Assembly (NCBI GenBank): GCA_045616465.1
Contig: JAZLGW010000016.1
Coordinates: 14,900-78,899, forward strand
Origin: Lachnospiraceae bacterium
Lineage (GTDB): Bacteria; Bacillota; Clostridia; Lachnospirales; Lachnospiraceae
Direction of reading: 5' to 3'
Length of the DNA: 64,000 bases
Below the pieces are notes generated by a model that was given only the letters and a program-made list of their open reading frames with translations, did no database searches and was not told the origin of the DNA. Position 1 is the stretch's first letter. Every line of letters begins with the position of its first letter. The translations under genes were made by a program, and so were the position numbers. Of this stretch, positions 44,630-54,749 are shown piece after piece.

Positions 44630-46414
44630 ATGTCTAGCTGGATGCTAAAACAAAAAAGTGGAGATTTTAAAAGCCTTGGGCAGCAGTTTCATGTAAACCC
44701 GCTGCTCATCCTTTTACTGTTTAATAGAGGTGTAGATACACCCGAGAAAATCCATAAATTCTTAACCGGAAAAGAAGCAGATTTTTATAGTCCCTCTCAG
44801 ATGAAGGATATGGAGAAGGGAATTGGCATTACAATAGAAAAGATTAAGTCCGAAAGAAAAATCCGTGTCATTGGTGATTATGATATAGATGGAATTATGG
44901 CTACCGCCATTTTGGTGAAAGGTTTATCTTTCTTTGGCGCGCGGGTAGATTACGCAATTCCCCATAGAGTTCGTGATGGATATGGATTAAACTCTTCGCT
45001 CGTAACCAAAGCGCGTAACAGCGGTATAGATACTATTATTACCTGTGATAATGGGATTTCGGCTAAGGTGCCGATTGATTTGGCAAAAAGCCAGGGAATG
45101 ACCGTGGTAGTTACAGATCATCACGAAGTACCATTTCATGAAGTTGGTGGACGTAAGGAATTTTTATTGCCAGCGGCAGATGCTGTTATAGATCCCAAGC
45201 AGCAGGAGGCGACTTATCCCTTTGCAGGGATTTGTGGTGGCTTTGTTGCGTATAAATTTATTGAGTGTTTAAAAGAAAAATGGCCCGATGAAGTAGATGA
45301 GAAAGCCTATGAGCAGCTGCGGCAGGAACTCACCGAGTTGGCTGCATTTGCTACCATTGGAGACATTATGGAATTGCAGGATGAGAATCGTATCCTGGTA
45401 AAAGAAGGACTTCTTCGCATGAAGAAGAGTAAGAACCTGGGGCTTCGCACGCTGATGAAGGTGCAGGCAATTGAGGAAAAACAGGTATCAGCATTCCATG
45501 TAGGATTTGTACTTGGTCCCTGCATCAATGCAACAGGAAGACTGGATACACCTGACAGAGCCATTCAGCTTCTTCTTGCAAAGACGCAGCAGGAAGCAGT
45601 TCTTCTTGCCACAGAATTAAAGACATTAAATGAAAGCCGAAAGACATTAACGGAAGAAGCGTCGGCGCAGGCAATCAGCCAGATTGAAAGCGGTTTATAC
45701 GATGGAGACAGGGTACTGGTTCTCTACTTGCCGGAGTGCCATGAAAGCATTGCAGGAATCGTAGCAGGGCGTATAAAAGAAAAATATAATAAGCCAACCT
45801 TTGTGATCACGGATGCCGAGGATGGATTAAAGGGCTCTGCCAGAAGTATAGAGGCTTATCATATCTATGATGAGATGACCAAGGTAAGTGATATTTTTAC
45901 AAAGTTTGGTGGACATGCTATGGCAGCAGGCTTTTCCCTTCCCAAAGAGAAGTTAGTAGAACTGCGGCAGCGTTTGAATGCAGACTGCAATCTTACCAGT
46001 GAACAATTAACGGGTGTGATTCATCTGGATGCAGAAGTTCCCATGAGTTACTTCAATCTGGATGTGTTAACTGATTTGGAGCTGTTAGAGCCATGCGGAA
46101 CGGGGAATGAGAGACCACTTTTTGTACGAAAAAGCATGCAGTTCTTATCCGCAAAATATCTCGGCAGTAGTGGAAAGGCTATCGTATTTACCGTATATGA
46201 TACGAAGCTTGCCACAAAACATGAACTGAAATTATTTAAAGACATTGATGGTTTCTTCCTGTATTTGTCAGAACAGTTTGGTACAAATATAAAAGAGGAA
46301 TTGCTAAAAGGGAAAACGACGACACCCGTGCTTTTGGATGTGGTATATCAGGCGGGAATCAATGTTTTCTATGGAAGAAAAACCGTGCAGTTTGTTATGG
46401 AACAGTACAGATAG
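44630..46414 (+). CDS. recJ: single-stranded-DNA-specific exonuclease RecJ
   Basis: DHH motifs (GDYDIDG, TCDNG, VTDHH) and DHHA1 (GGHAMAAG). ATG 44630 follows AAAAGGAGAAG; an extended -10 TGGTATAAT lies at 44603. Confidence 0.92.
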   Translation: MSSWMLKQKSGDFKSLGQQFHVNPLLILLLFNRGVDTPEKIHKFLTGKEADFYSPSQMKDMEKGIGITIEKIKSERKIRVIGDYDIDGIMATAILVKGLSFFGARVDYAIPHRVRDGYGLNSSLVTKARNSGIDTIITCDNGISAKVPIDLAKSQGMTVVVTDHHEVPFHEVGGRKEFLLPAADAVIDPKQQEATYPFAGICGGFVAYKFIECLKEKWPDEVDEKAYEQLRQELTELAAFATIGDIMELQDENRILVKEGLLRMKKSKNLGLRTLMKVQAIEEKQVSAFHVGFVLGPCINATGRLDTPDRAIQLLLAKTQQEAVLLATELKTLNESRKTLTEEASAQAISQIESGLYDGDRVLVLYLPECHESIAGIVAGRIKEKYNKPTFVITDAEDGLKGSARSIEAYHIYDEMTKVSDIFTKFGGHAMAAGFSLPKEKLVELRQRLNADCNLTSEQLTGVIHLDAEVPMSYFNLDVLTDLELLEPCGTGNERPLFVRKSMQFLSAKYLGSSGKAIVFTVYDTKLATKHELKLFKDIDGFFLYLSEQFGTNIKEELLKGKTTTPVLLDVVYQAGINVFYGRKTVQFVMEQYR

Positions 46415-46429
46415 GAAAGCGCAAAGCAC

Positions 46430-47455
46430 ATGGAACAGAAAAGACAAAATGTGAAATATATGCTAATGGGGATTGGAACCATTCTTTTACTGGTTAGTTT
46501 TGCCCTGGAAAACACGGAAGCAGAAAGAGTACTAGCCCTAATTGCTCTGCCAACGTTATTTGGCGGAATGGGGTATGCGTACGAGAATGAAAATCATTCT
46601 TATGGGAAGCAGTACTTCTTGCCATATCTTGTATTCAGCATTCTTTATCTTGTGATGCAATCCGCATTTTTAATGGCGGGCAAAGCGGATATGACACTGG
46701 AAGTGCTGCAAGATGATATTTGGAGTATCGTAACAGGAAATGGTGCCGGTTTTCTCTGGATGCTGTGTAACCTCAGCATAACAGGCGGAATATACCGATT
46801 TTTGCGGAAGAGAATGAAAATAAGTGGAGTAACCATTTTGGCCGTATTAGCAGCGGTATCTGTATATTTCCTAAATGGAATAGGCGGACGTACTACAGTC
46901 TTTGGTCGTAGTTTTCCCGGCTTTTTCTTTTCCCTGGCGATGACGATGTGGAGAAGTGTTGCGTTGTTACCTTTTCTTGTTATAGGAGAGTTTGCAAGAC
47001 ATTGTGCTGCCAGATGGGAGCGAAAACTTGCTAAGAAAATAGGAATCGGATTTGGTGCAGTTCTTCTTTCGCTGGCACTCGCGATTGTGGCATTAAAGAA
47101 TCAGGATTTATTTGGGGATTACACCATCCTTGTAAATATAAGACTTCTTTCCATGGGAGTTCCCGGGTTTATCTATGTTGTAGGAGGATTGTTCGTCTTT
47201 GGATGTGGTCTGCTCATGGACTGGATTGGCACATTAAAGATACTCTCATTACTGGGTAAAAATTGTGTGGTTCCGATTGCTACATTCTATAACTTTTATG
47301 TGTTCTATCTGGCAACACGTTGCGGGAAATTGGTGTTCGCAAAATTTGATAATAATTTTATGACGGTAACCACAATGGTTTTAATAACACTTCTTTTGGA
47401 AACCACCGGAATCGCAATCTATATGCTTCCTGGAAAAATTACAAAAAAGAAATAG
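46430..47455 (+). CDS. polytopic membrane protein, function unknown
   Basis: 341 aa; about 9 hydrophobic segments; no motif I recognise. Confidence 0.55.
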   Translation: MEQKRQNVKYMLMGIGTILLLVSFALENTEAERVLALIALPTLFGGMGYAYENENHSYGKQYFLPYLVFSILYLVMQSAFLMAGKADMTLEVLQDDIWSIVTGNGAGFLWMLCNLSITGGIYRFLRKRMKISGVTILAVLAAVSVYFLNGIGGRTTVFGRSFPGFFFSLAMTMWRSVALLPFLVIGEFARHCAARWERKLAKKIGIGFGAVLLSLALAIVALKNQDLFGDYTILVNIRLLSMGVPGFIYVVGGLFVFGCGLLMDWIGTLKILSLLGKNCVVPIATFYNFYVFYLATRCGKLVFAKFDNNFMTVTTMVLITLLLETTGIAIYMLPGKITKKK

Positions 47456-47471
47456 AACATAAAAATAGAAA

Positions 47472-47497
47472 AGCACCGCTACGCGGTGCTTTTCGTT
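47472..47497 (+). terminator. intrinsic terminator
   Basis: AGCACCGC-tac-GCGGTGCT followed by TTTCGTTT. Confidence 0.7.
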
Positions 47498-47576
47498 TAT
47501 GAGGGGGGAGATGGTTTGAAGTTAAACTTCAAACGTTTATCGATGTTTCCATCGACAAAAGATATTGTAACAGTAA

Positions 47577-47598
47577 AATGTGAACTAAATGTGAACTA
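47577..47598. repeat. tandem direct repeat, 2 x 11 nt (AATGTGAACTA)
   Basis: Read directly. Confidence 0.7.
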
Positions 47599-47625
47599 AT
47601 AAAAATAATTTAAAATTATTTTTAT
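47599..47625. repeat. perfect 13-bp-arm A/T-only palindrome (ATAAAAATAATTT-a-AAATTATTTTTAT)
   Basis: Read directly. Confidence 0.7.
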
Positions 47626-47656
47626 TAACATAATATGCCGCAAAACGGCTTGAAAA

Positions 47657-47685
47657 TTGAGTTTTTATGGGGAATAAGGTAAAAT
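47657..47685 (+). promoter_or_regulatory. sigma-A promoter of priA
   Basis: TTGAGT-17 nt-TAAAAT. Confidence 0.45.
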
Positions 47686-47731
47686 AGAAAGGATTATGTA
47701 ACCTTATTTTGAACGATTTTGGAGTGAAAAA

Positions 47732-49981
47732 ATGTCATTAAAATATCCATATGCAAACATCATAATTGACATTTCTCATGAAAAAGTTGATCGTCCATTT
47801 CAGTATAAAATTCCGGAGACATTAGCAGAACGTATTCGCGAAGGAACGAGAGTCTTTGTACCTTTTGGCGCAGGAAATAAGATTCGGACAGGATACGTTG
47901 TTGCGTTAACGGATGTATGTGACTATCCCGAAGATAAGTTAAAATGTATAGATTCTATTGATGAGAAGGCCGTTGGCGCGGAGGCGAAGCTGATTGAAAC
48001 CGCTGCTTATATGCGTTATCGCTATGGCGGAACGATGATCCAGAGCCTTCAAACAGTGCTTCCTATCAAACAGAAGATGAAAGAAAAAGAAAAGAAGACG
48101 CTAGTACTTGTTGCGACCAAAGAACAGCTAGATGCGTATCTTGCAAAACTCTCGGGACTTCGCTTTGCAGCGAGAAGAAAATGTTTGTTGGAATTAAAGG
48201 AAGTTGCAGAACTTCCAGTAGATATTGCCATGACAGAACTGGGCGTTTCTAAGTCTATTATGAAGACTTTGGAAAAGGATGGCATGGTAGAAATTCGTTC
48301 TATGAGAGAATACAGAGGGCTTACCGTGACAGGGGATGCACTGACAAAGAAGCCACTGTCAGACGAGCAGCAGGCGGTTGCCAATGAACTGATTGCTGAG
48401 ATGAAAAATACGGCCCCAAACCCCTCCTTGTTGTATGGAATTACCGGAAGCGGAAAGACGGAAGTCTATATGGAAGTAATTGAACAGGCAATTTCGATGG
48501 GGAAGAAAGCCATTGTTTTGATTCCAGAGATTGCGCTGACCTTCCAGACCTTAAAGCGCTTCTATGCGCGTTTTGGGAAGCGGGTTGCCATTATCCATTC
48601 GAGACTTTCTGCTGGGGAACGATATGACCAGTATACATTAGCGGCAAAAGGCAAAGTTGATATCATGATTGGCCCTCGTTCAGCCTTATTTGCACCTCTT
48701 GATAACGTAGGCGTGATAGTAGTGGACGAGGAGCATGAGAGCAGTTATAAAAGCGAGAGTATGCCCAAATATCACGCAGTGGAAATGGCGGAATACATCG
48801 CAAAGAGAGAAGGAGCACTACTTCTTCTAGGCTCTGCGACACCCTCTATTACCAGCTACTATAAAGCTTCGCAGGGAGAATACCGTCTTTTTACATTAAA
48901 GAATCGATATGGTACTGCAAGCTTACCAGAAGCAACCGTTGTAGATATGCGTCAGGAACTAAGGGAAGGAAATAAGTCTGCTTTTTCCAGACGATTAAAG
49001 AATTTGCTTACGGACAGGGTAAGTCAGAAAGGGCAGCAGGCAATGCTCTTTATCAATCGACGGGGCTATGCTGGATTTGTCAGTTGCAGAGATTGTGGAG
49101 AGGCAATAAAATGTCCGCACTGTGATGTTTCTATGTCGCAGCATGGAGCTACGTCTACCCCTTACTTAGCCTGCCACTACTGCGGGTATCAGATGGAGAT
49201 GCCAGCAGTTTGCCCCTCCTGTTCATCAACCAAGATATATGGGATGCGTGCAGGAACAGAACAGATCGCGGAGGCGCTTAAAAAAGCTTATCCCTCTATG
49301 CGGATTTTAAGAATGGACGCAGATACCACGAAAAAGAAAGAAGATTATGAAGAGATTTTGTCTTCTTTTGCAGGTCATGAAGCGGACACGCTTGTAGGAA
49401 CCCAAATGATTGTAAAAGGGCATGACTTTCCAGAAGTTACCGTTGCCGGCGCTGTTATGGCTGACCTTTCCCTGTTTACAGCAGATTATAGAGCAGCAGA
49501 GAGAACCTTTAATCTCATAACCCAGGCAGCAGGCAGAGCGGGAAGAGGAAAAGAGAAAGGCGAAGTGGTAATTCAGAGTTATCAGCCTGACCACTATGCA
49601 TTAACATATGCCGCTAGGCAGGACTACGAGGGCTTCTATGCAGAGGAAATCCTGTATAGAAAATTAGGTGGCTATCCGCCTGTACAACATTTATTGTCCT
49701 TACAGTTCTTTGGAAAGAGTGAGGAAAATCTCGTCGCCTTTGTAGAGGAGATGAAGAATACATTGCAGGCAGAGCACAAAGTTGAAGGACTCTATATCTT
49801 AGGGCCGACCCCCGCAGGGATTGTAAAAATTAGCGATATCTATCGATATGCGCTGCATATAAAATATGCGAAGTTAGAAACATTAATTAAAATCAAAGAC
49901 CATGCAGAAAAAATAATGGAAGAAAAGAAGAATGGGGAGATTCGATTACAGTTTGATTTTGACCCCATGAATGCATTTTAA
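47732..49981 (+). CDS. priA: primosomal replication restart helicase PriA
   Basis: 749 aa; GITGSGKTE, VVDEEH, zinc-binding CRDCGEAIKCPHCDVS..CHYCGY..CPSC. Confidence 0.96.
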   Translation: MSLKYPYANIIIDISHEKVDRPFQYKIPETLAERIREGTRVFVPFGAGNKIRTGYVVALTDVCDYPEDKLKCIDSIDEKAVGAEAKLIETAAYMRYRYGGTMIQSLQTVLPIKQKMKEKEKKTLVLVATKEQLDAYLAKLSGLRFAARRKCLLELKEVAELPVDIAMTELGVSKSIMKTLEKDGMVEIRSMREYRGLTVTGDALTKKPLSDEQQAVANELIAEMKNTAPNPSLLYGITGSGKTEVYMEVIEQAISMGKKAIVLIPEIALTFQTLKRFYARFGKRVAIIHSRLSAGERYDQYTLAAKGKVDIMIGPRSALFAPLDNVGVIVVDEEHESSYKSESMPKYHAVEMAEYIAKREGALLLLGSATPSITSYYKASQGEYRLFTLKNRYGTASLPEATVVDMRQELREGNKSAFSRRLKNLLTDRVSQKGQQAMLFINRRGYAGFVSCRDCGEAIKCPHCDVSMSQHGATSTPYLACHYCGYQMEMPAVCPSCSSTKIYGMRAGTEQIAEALKKAYPSMRILRMDADTTKKKEDYEEILSSFAGHEADTLVGTQMIVKGHDFPEVTVAGAVMADLSLFTADYRAAERTFNLITQAAGRAGRGKEKGEVVIQSYQPDHYALTYAARQDYEGFYAEEILYRKLGGYPPVQHLLSLQFFGKSEENLVAFVEEMKNTLQAEHKVEGLYILGPTPAGIVKISDIYRYALHIKYAKLETLIKIKDHAEKIMEEKKNGEIRLQFDFDPMNAF

Positions 49982-49991
49982 GGAGGATGCT

Positions 49992-50483
49992 ATGGCAATT
50001 AGAACGATACGTGTACTTGGAGATGAGGTACTGAATAAGACTTGTAAAGAAGTAACGAAAGTGAACGATCACACACTGGAACTGATTGAAGATATGTTTG
50101 ATACGATGTATGAAGCAAATGGTGTTGGACTCGCTGCTCCCCAGGTTGGTGTGCTTAAAAGAATTGTTGTTATTGATGTTACGGGTGAAGATCCGATATT
50201 GTTAATTAACCCTAAGATTGTTGAAATGAGCGGGGAACAAACAGGAAGTGAGGGTTGCCTTTCTGTTCCTGGAAAGGCAGGAAATGTTACCAGAGCAAAC
50301 TATGTAAAATGTGTTGCGCAGAATGAGAAATTAGAAACCATTGAGGTAGAAGGAACAGAGCTACTTGCAAGAGCCATTCAGCATGAGGTGGATCATTTAG
50401 ATGGTCACCTTTATGTGGAAAAGGTTGAGGGTGAACTGCACAATGTACAGCCGCCACAGGACGACGATGAGGATGAAGAATAA
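49992..50483 (+). CDS. def: peptide deformylase
   Basis: GVGLAAPQVG, EGCLSVPG and HEVDHLDG motifs; ATG 49992 after AAGGAGGA. Confidence 0.96.
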   Translation: MAIRTIRVLGDEVLNKTCKEVTKVNDHTLELIEDMFDTMYEANGVGLAAPQVGVLKRIVVIDVTGEDPILLINPKIVEMSGEQTGSEGCLSVPGKAGNVTRANYVKCVAQNEKLETIEVEGTELLARAIQHEVDHLDGHLYVEKVEGELHNVQPPQDDDEDEE

Positions 50484-50504
50484 AAATACTTTGAGGGTAT
50501 GCGC

Positions 50505-51428
50505 ATGAAGATTGTATTTATGGGAACGCCAGATTTTGCAGTAGGGGCACTGGAAGCCATTGTAAAAGCTGGGCATGAAGTAACCTTGGTAGTTACTCAG
50601 CCAGATAGACAAAAGGGAAGAGGCAAAGAGGTTGCCATGTCTCCGGTGAAAGAGATGGCATTAAAATATAATCTCCCCGTTTTTCAGCCGGTGAAGATTA
50701 AGACGCCGGAGTCCATAGAAGAATTGAAGAAATATGAAGCAGACGCTTATGTGGTAGCTGCTTTTGGACAGATTCTTTCCAAAGAAATTTTGGAGATGCC
50801 AAGGCTTGGTTGCATTAATATACACGGCTCTCTGCTCCCCAAATATAGAGGCAGCGCGCCAATCCAGAGAGCAGTGATTGATGGAGAAAAAGAAACCGGT
50901 ATCACCATTATGCAGATGGATGAAGGAATTGATACTGGCGATATGCTTATGCAGAGGGCGATTCCTATTTTGGATACCGACACAGGTGAGTCTATGTTTG
51001 AGAAACTGGCAGCGCTTGGAAGTGAAATGATCGTGGAAGCGCTTCCACTGATTGCCGAAGGAAAACTCCCCAGAGAAAAGCAGGATGACAGTAAGAGTAC
51101 TTACGCCAAAATGCTTTCCAAGGATATGGGACAACTGGATTTTACGAAGACAGCCAAAGAACTGGATTGTCTGATTCGAGGTCTTAACTCCTGGCCCAGT
51201 GCGTATACAAAGTGCGGTGGGAAAACACTAAAAATCTGGGAAGCCCTAGTGGTAGAGGGGGAAGGAAAGCCGGGTGAGATTATAGATGTAACGAGGGATG
51301 CCATCGTAGTGGCTACAAGCCTGGGGGCATTAAAAATTACTGCGTTGCAGTTAGAGGGCAAAAAGAGAATGCAGACGAAGGACTTCCTTCTGGGTTATCA
51401 GTTACAGCCGGGGGAGATGCTTGGTTAA
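50505..51428 (+). CDS. fmt: methionyl-tRNA formyltransferase
   Basis: MKIVFMGTPDFAV, INIHGSLLPKYRGSAPIQ; ATG 50499 is an alternative start. Confidence 0.95.
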   Translation: MKIVFMGTPDFAVGALEAIVKAGHEVTLVVTQPDRQKGRGKEVAMSPVKEMALKYNLPVFQPVKIKTPESIEELKKYEADAYVVAAFGQILSKEILEMPRLGCINIHGSLLPKYRGSAPIQRAVIDGEKETGITIMQMDEGIDTGDMLMQRAIPILDTDTGESMFEKLAALGSEMIVEALPLIAEGKLPREKQDDSKSTYAKMLSKDMGQLDFTKTAKELDCLIRGLNSWPSAYTKCGGKTLKIWEALVVEGEGKPGEIIDVTRDAIVVATSLGALKITALQLEGKKRMQTKDFLLGYQLQPGEMLG

Positions 51429-51430
51429 TT

Positions 51431-52798
51431 ATGGCAAAGAAACCGACGGAAAATAGAACCTTGGTATATGGTGCCCTGACTGAATTTCGAAAGAGCAACC
51501 AGGAGGGACATGGGATAAAAGCCTCAGAACTGTTAAAAGATATTCTGACAAAATACGATTATCTTCCAGTAGAGGAAAAGGCTTTTATTAAACGACTTTT
51601 TGATGGCTGTCAGGAACGGCAGATTACGCTGGACTATGTGATTGCAAAATACGCAAATACAAAGAATGGAAAGATGAAACCGGCGGTTCGGGATATTCTT
51701 AGAATGGGTGTGTATCAGATTCTATTCATGGACAGTGTTCCTGATGCAGCAGCGGTAAATGAATCGGTTCTTCTGGCGGAGAGCAAGGGACTTTCTTCTC
51801 TTAAAAGTTTTATAAATGGCGTGCTTCGCGCGGTGGTACGTAACAAAGAGGTCATGGAGTGGCCGGACAAGGAGAAGGATGCCGTTAATTGTTTGTCGGT
51901 GGTTTATTCTTTCCCCGTGTGGATGGCGGGACTGATTCGTAAACGATACGGAATGGAAACTGCCGAAAAGATTTTCGCAAGAATGAACGAGCCGGCGCCG
52001 CTTATAATACGAAGGACGCAGAGTGCAAAGGAAGAAACCTTATTAGCTGGTTTTGCAAAGCAGGGCATTTCCTGTAAAAAGCATCCGTATAGTGAGAATG
52101 CATATCAATTAAGTGGTATTAGTGGATTCTCAAAAGTCCCTGGATTTACAGAAGGCTTGTTCACGGTACAGGATATTAGTTCACAGTTGGCACTGCGCTG
52201 CCTACAACTGAAAGAAGGGCAGAAGGTTCTTGATCTGTGTGCTTCTCCTGGTGGAAAGAGTCTGTATGCAGCAGAGCTTGTTGGTGAAAAGGGTACGGTT
52301 GTTGCCAGAGACTTAACGGATCAGAAAATGGTTCGAATAGAAGAAAATGTTAGGCGTCTTGGTGTTACCAATGTTACCACGCAGGTGAAGGATGCAACGA
52401 TTTTAGAAGAAGCTGATTTTGAAAAATACGATGCGATTATTGCTGATTTACCATGCTCCGGACTGGGGGTTATGGGACGGAAGAATGATATTCGCTACCG
52501 GTTAGATAGGGAAGATTTACGAACGCTGGCGAGATTGCAGAAAGATATTTTGGACAATGCAGTACAGTATTTAAAACCCGGCGGAAGGTTACTGTATAGT
52601 ACGTGTACCATTTCAAAAGAAGAGAACGAAGATAATAGAAATTATATTATCGAAGAATTGCATTTAAGCCCCGTATCCATAGATGAAACTTTACCGGAAG
52701 AATTACGCTGCGAAACAACAAAGGAAGGGTACTTGCAGCTTCTTCCTGGCGTGCATGAAAGCGATGGCTTTTTCATAAGTATTTACCAGAAAGAATAG
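51431..52798 (+). CDS. rsmB: 16S rRNA (cytosine967-C5)-methyltransferase RsmB
   Basis: 455 aa; NusB-like N-domain; DLCASPGGKS, DLPCSGLGV and YSTCT motifs. Confidence 0.9.
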   Translation: MAKKPTENRTLVYGALTEFRKSNQEGHGIKASELLKDILTKYDYLPVEEKAFIKRLFDGCQERQITLDYVIAKYANTKNGKMKPAVRDILRMGVYQILFMDSVPDAAAVNESVLLAESKGLSSLKSFINGVLRAVVRNKEVMEWPDKEKDAVNCLSVVYSFPVWMAGLIRKRYGMETAEKIFARMNEPAPLIIRRTQSAKEETLLAGFAKQGISCKKHPYSENAYQLSGISGFSKVPGFTEGLFTVQDISSQLALRCLQLKEGQKVLDLCASPGGKSLYAAELVGEKGTVVARDLTDQKMVRIEENVRRLGVTNVTTQVKDATILEEADFEKYDAIIADLPCSGLGVMGRKNDIRYRLDREDLRTLARLQKDILDNAVQYLKPGGRLLYSTCTISKEENEDNRNYIIEELHLSPVSIDETLPEELRCETTKEGYLQLLPGVHESDGFFISIYQKE

Positions 52799-52800
52799 AA

Positions 52801-53841
52801 ATGAAGGATATCAAGTCATTATCCGTTGAGGAACTGAAAACTGCATTAAAGGAAATGGGTGAGAAACCATTTCGGGCAGCACAGATTTTTGCATGGCTGC
52901 ACGAAAAAAGGATTACAGATTTCTCTGAGATGACGAATATCTCGAAGGGATTACAGCAGAAACTCTCCGAGAACTTTTCGTTTGTAAAATTAAAACTATT
53001 ACTTGCGCAGGTGTCCAAAGAAGACGATACCAGAAAATTCCTGTTTGAACTGCCGGATGGAAATACGGTGGAAACCGTATGGATGAAATATAAGCATGGG
53101 AATAGTGTCTGTATCTCATCGCAGGTGGGGTGCAGAATGGGATGTAAGTTCTGCGCTTCTACCCTGGGCGGTCTGGTAAGGTCGCTCGATGCTGGCGAAA
53201 TGTTAGAACAGATTTATGAAGTGATGCGCCAAACGGAGCAACGTGTAGATAACATCGTTGTTATGGGAATTGGTGAGCCCTTTGATAATTATGAAAATCT
53301 ATTACGATTTATCAGAAGATTAACAGAAGAAGGGGGCTATCATTTAAGCGCAAGAAGTATTACCGTTTCCACCTGTGGAATCGTTCCGTATATTAAGCAG
53401 TTTGCAAAGGAAGGACTTCCTGTTACGTTAGCGCTTTCCCTTCATGCGACAACGGATGAAAAACGAAAAGAGATTATGCCGATTGCGTTTAAGTACACGC
53501 TTGCTGAGTTAAAGGATGCAATGGGATATTATTTCACTGAGACAGGCAGGCGTATTACTTTGGAGTATGCCTTAATCGGTGGTGTAAACGATAGCGAAGA
53601 AGAAGCCAGCCGGCTCGCTGCATTTGCCTACGATTTACACGCACATGTAAATTTGATTCCGGTAAATCCTGTTAAAGAGAGAGGCTTTACCCAACCAGAT
53701 AAGAGCCATATAGAGGCATTCTGTCATCGCCTGGAAAAGAAGGGCGTTAGAGCAACTGTTCGAAGAGAGATGGGCAGAGATATTGATGGCGCCTGCGGAC
53801 AACTTCGGCGAAAACAGGTGCTCTCGGGAGAGGGCGAGTAA
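52801..53841 (+). CDS. rlmN: 23S rRNA/tRNA A2503/A37 C2-methyltransferase RlmN (radical SAM)
   Basis: 346 aa; GCRMGCKFCAS radical-SAM cluster; FRAAQIFAWLH N-terminus. Confidence 0.95.
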   Translation: MKDIKSLSVEELKTALKEMGEKPFRAAQIFAWLHEKRITDFSEMTNISKGLQQKLSENFSFVKLKLLLAQVSKEDDTRKFLFELPDGNTVETVWMKYKHGNSVCISSQVGCRMGCKFCASTLGGLVRSLDAGEMLEQIYEVMRQTEQRVDNIVVMGIGEPFDNYENLLRFIRRLTEEGGYHLSARSITVSTCGIVPYIKQFAKEGLPVTLALSLHATTDEKRKEIMPIAFKYTLAELKDAMGYYFTETGRRITLEYALIGGVNDSEEEASRLAAFAYDLHAHVNLIPVNPVKERGFTQPDKSHIEAFCHRLEKKGVRATVRREMGRDIDGACGQLRRKQVLSGEGE

Positions 53842-53968
53842 AGCGCCTTTCGTTTGCCCTATTGCCCGTAATGTGGTAATATTTTACTTTGTGGAATGCT
53901 GATTTTGGGGAAATAATGACCAAATCAGTCATTTTGTAATGAAGGTAAAATAAAGAAAGAAATAAACC

Positions 53969-54703
53969 ATGAAACTTCGCGTTGTCGGTTTATCGGATAT
54001 TGGCCGACTAAGACAACAGAATCAAGACTATGTGTTTACCTCAGAGGTAGCCGTTGGCTCTCTGCCAAACCTATGCATCGTAGCAGATGGTATGGGTGGT
54101 CATAAAGCAGGGGAGTACGCATCCAAATGTGCGGTAGAAACCATGGTGGGGGAGATTAATCTTCTGAAAGAACCCGACCCCAGAAAAGTTCTTGCAAAAG
54201 CGATAAAGCGGGCCAACGAAAAGGTCAGACAAAAAGCTACGGCTGATGAGAACTTTAAGGGAATGGGCACCACGGTGGTGGCAACAACCTTTGATGGTAA
54301 TTCCCTTTTGGTAGCCAATGTGGGCGATTCCCGAATGTACTACCTGGGGGATGAGATAAAGCAAATTACCATAGACCACTCCCTTGTGGAAGAGATGATT
54401 AAAATTGGTGGTCTGGATAGAGAGAAAGCCAGAAGTCATCCGGATAAAAATATTATTACCAGAGCGATTGGTGTAGTAGATTTGGTAGATGCAGACTTCT
54501 TCTCAATAGATAATGTTCGTTTGGGAGATATGATCCTAATGTGTTCAGACGGACTCAGCAATATGCTTGAAGACCAGGAAATATTTACACTCGCCAAGCA
54601 GGATATTCCCCTGGAAGAAGCCGCAAGGCAGCTTATAAAAGCAGCCAATGCAAATGGTGGAAGAGATAATATCACAGTAATTCTTGGCAGATTTGAAGAG
54701 TAA
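53969..54703 (+). CDS. stp: PP2C-family Ser/Thr phosphatase (Stp/PrpC)
   Basis: 244 aa; ADGMGGHKAGE, CSDGL and DNITVIL motifs. Confidence 0.92.
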   Translation: MKLRVVGLSDIGRLRQQNQDYVFTSEVAVGSLPNLCIVADGMGGHKAGEYASKCAVETMVGEINLLKEPDPRKVLAKAIKRANEKVRQKATADENFKGMGTTVVATTFDGNSLLVANVGDSRMYYLGDEIKQITIDHSLVEEMIKIGGLDREKARSHPDKNIITRAIGVVDLVDADFFSIDNVRLGDMILMCSDGLSNMLEDQEIFTLAKQDIPLEEAARQLIKAANANGGRDNITVILGRFEE

Positions 54704-54749
54704 GATTCTTAAACGCTTTCCAATGGGTATTTAGTTAAGGGAGCAATGT

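Noticed and set aside
47577-47598. CRISPR array or DnaA-box cluster upstream of priA
   Set aside because: There are only two 11-nt units with no spacers, so it is not a CRISPR array. The TGTGAACTA match to the DnaA box is weak (about 6 of 9).
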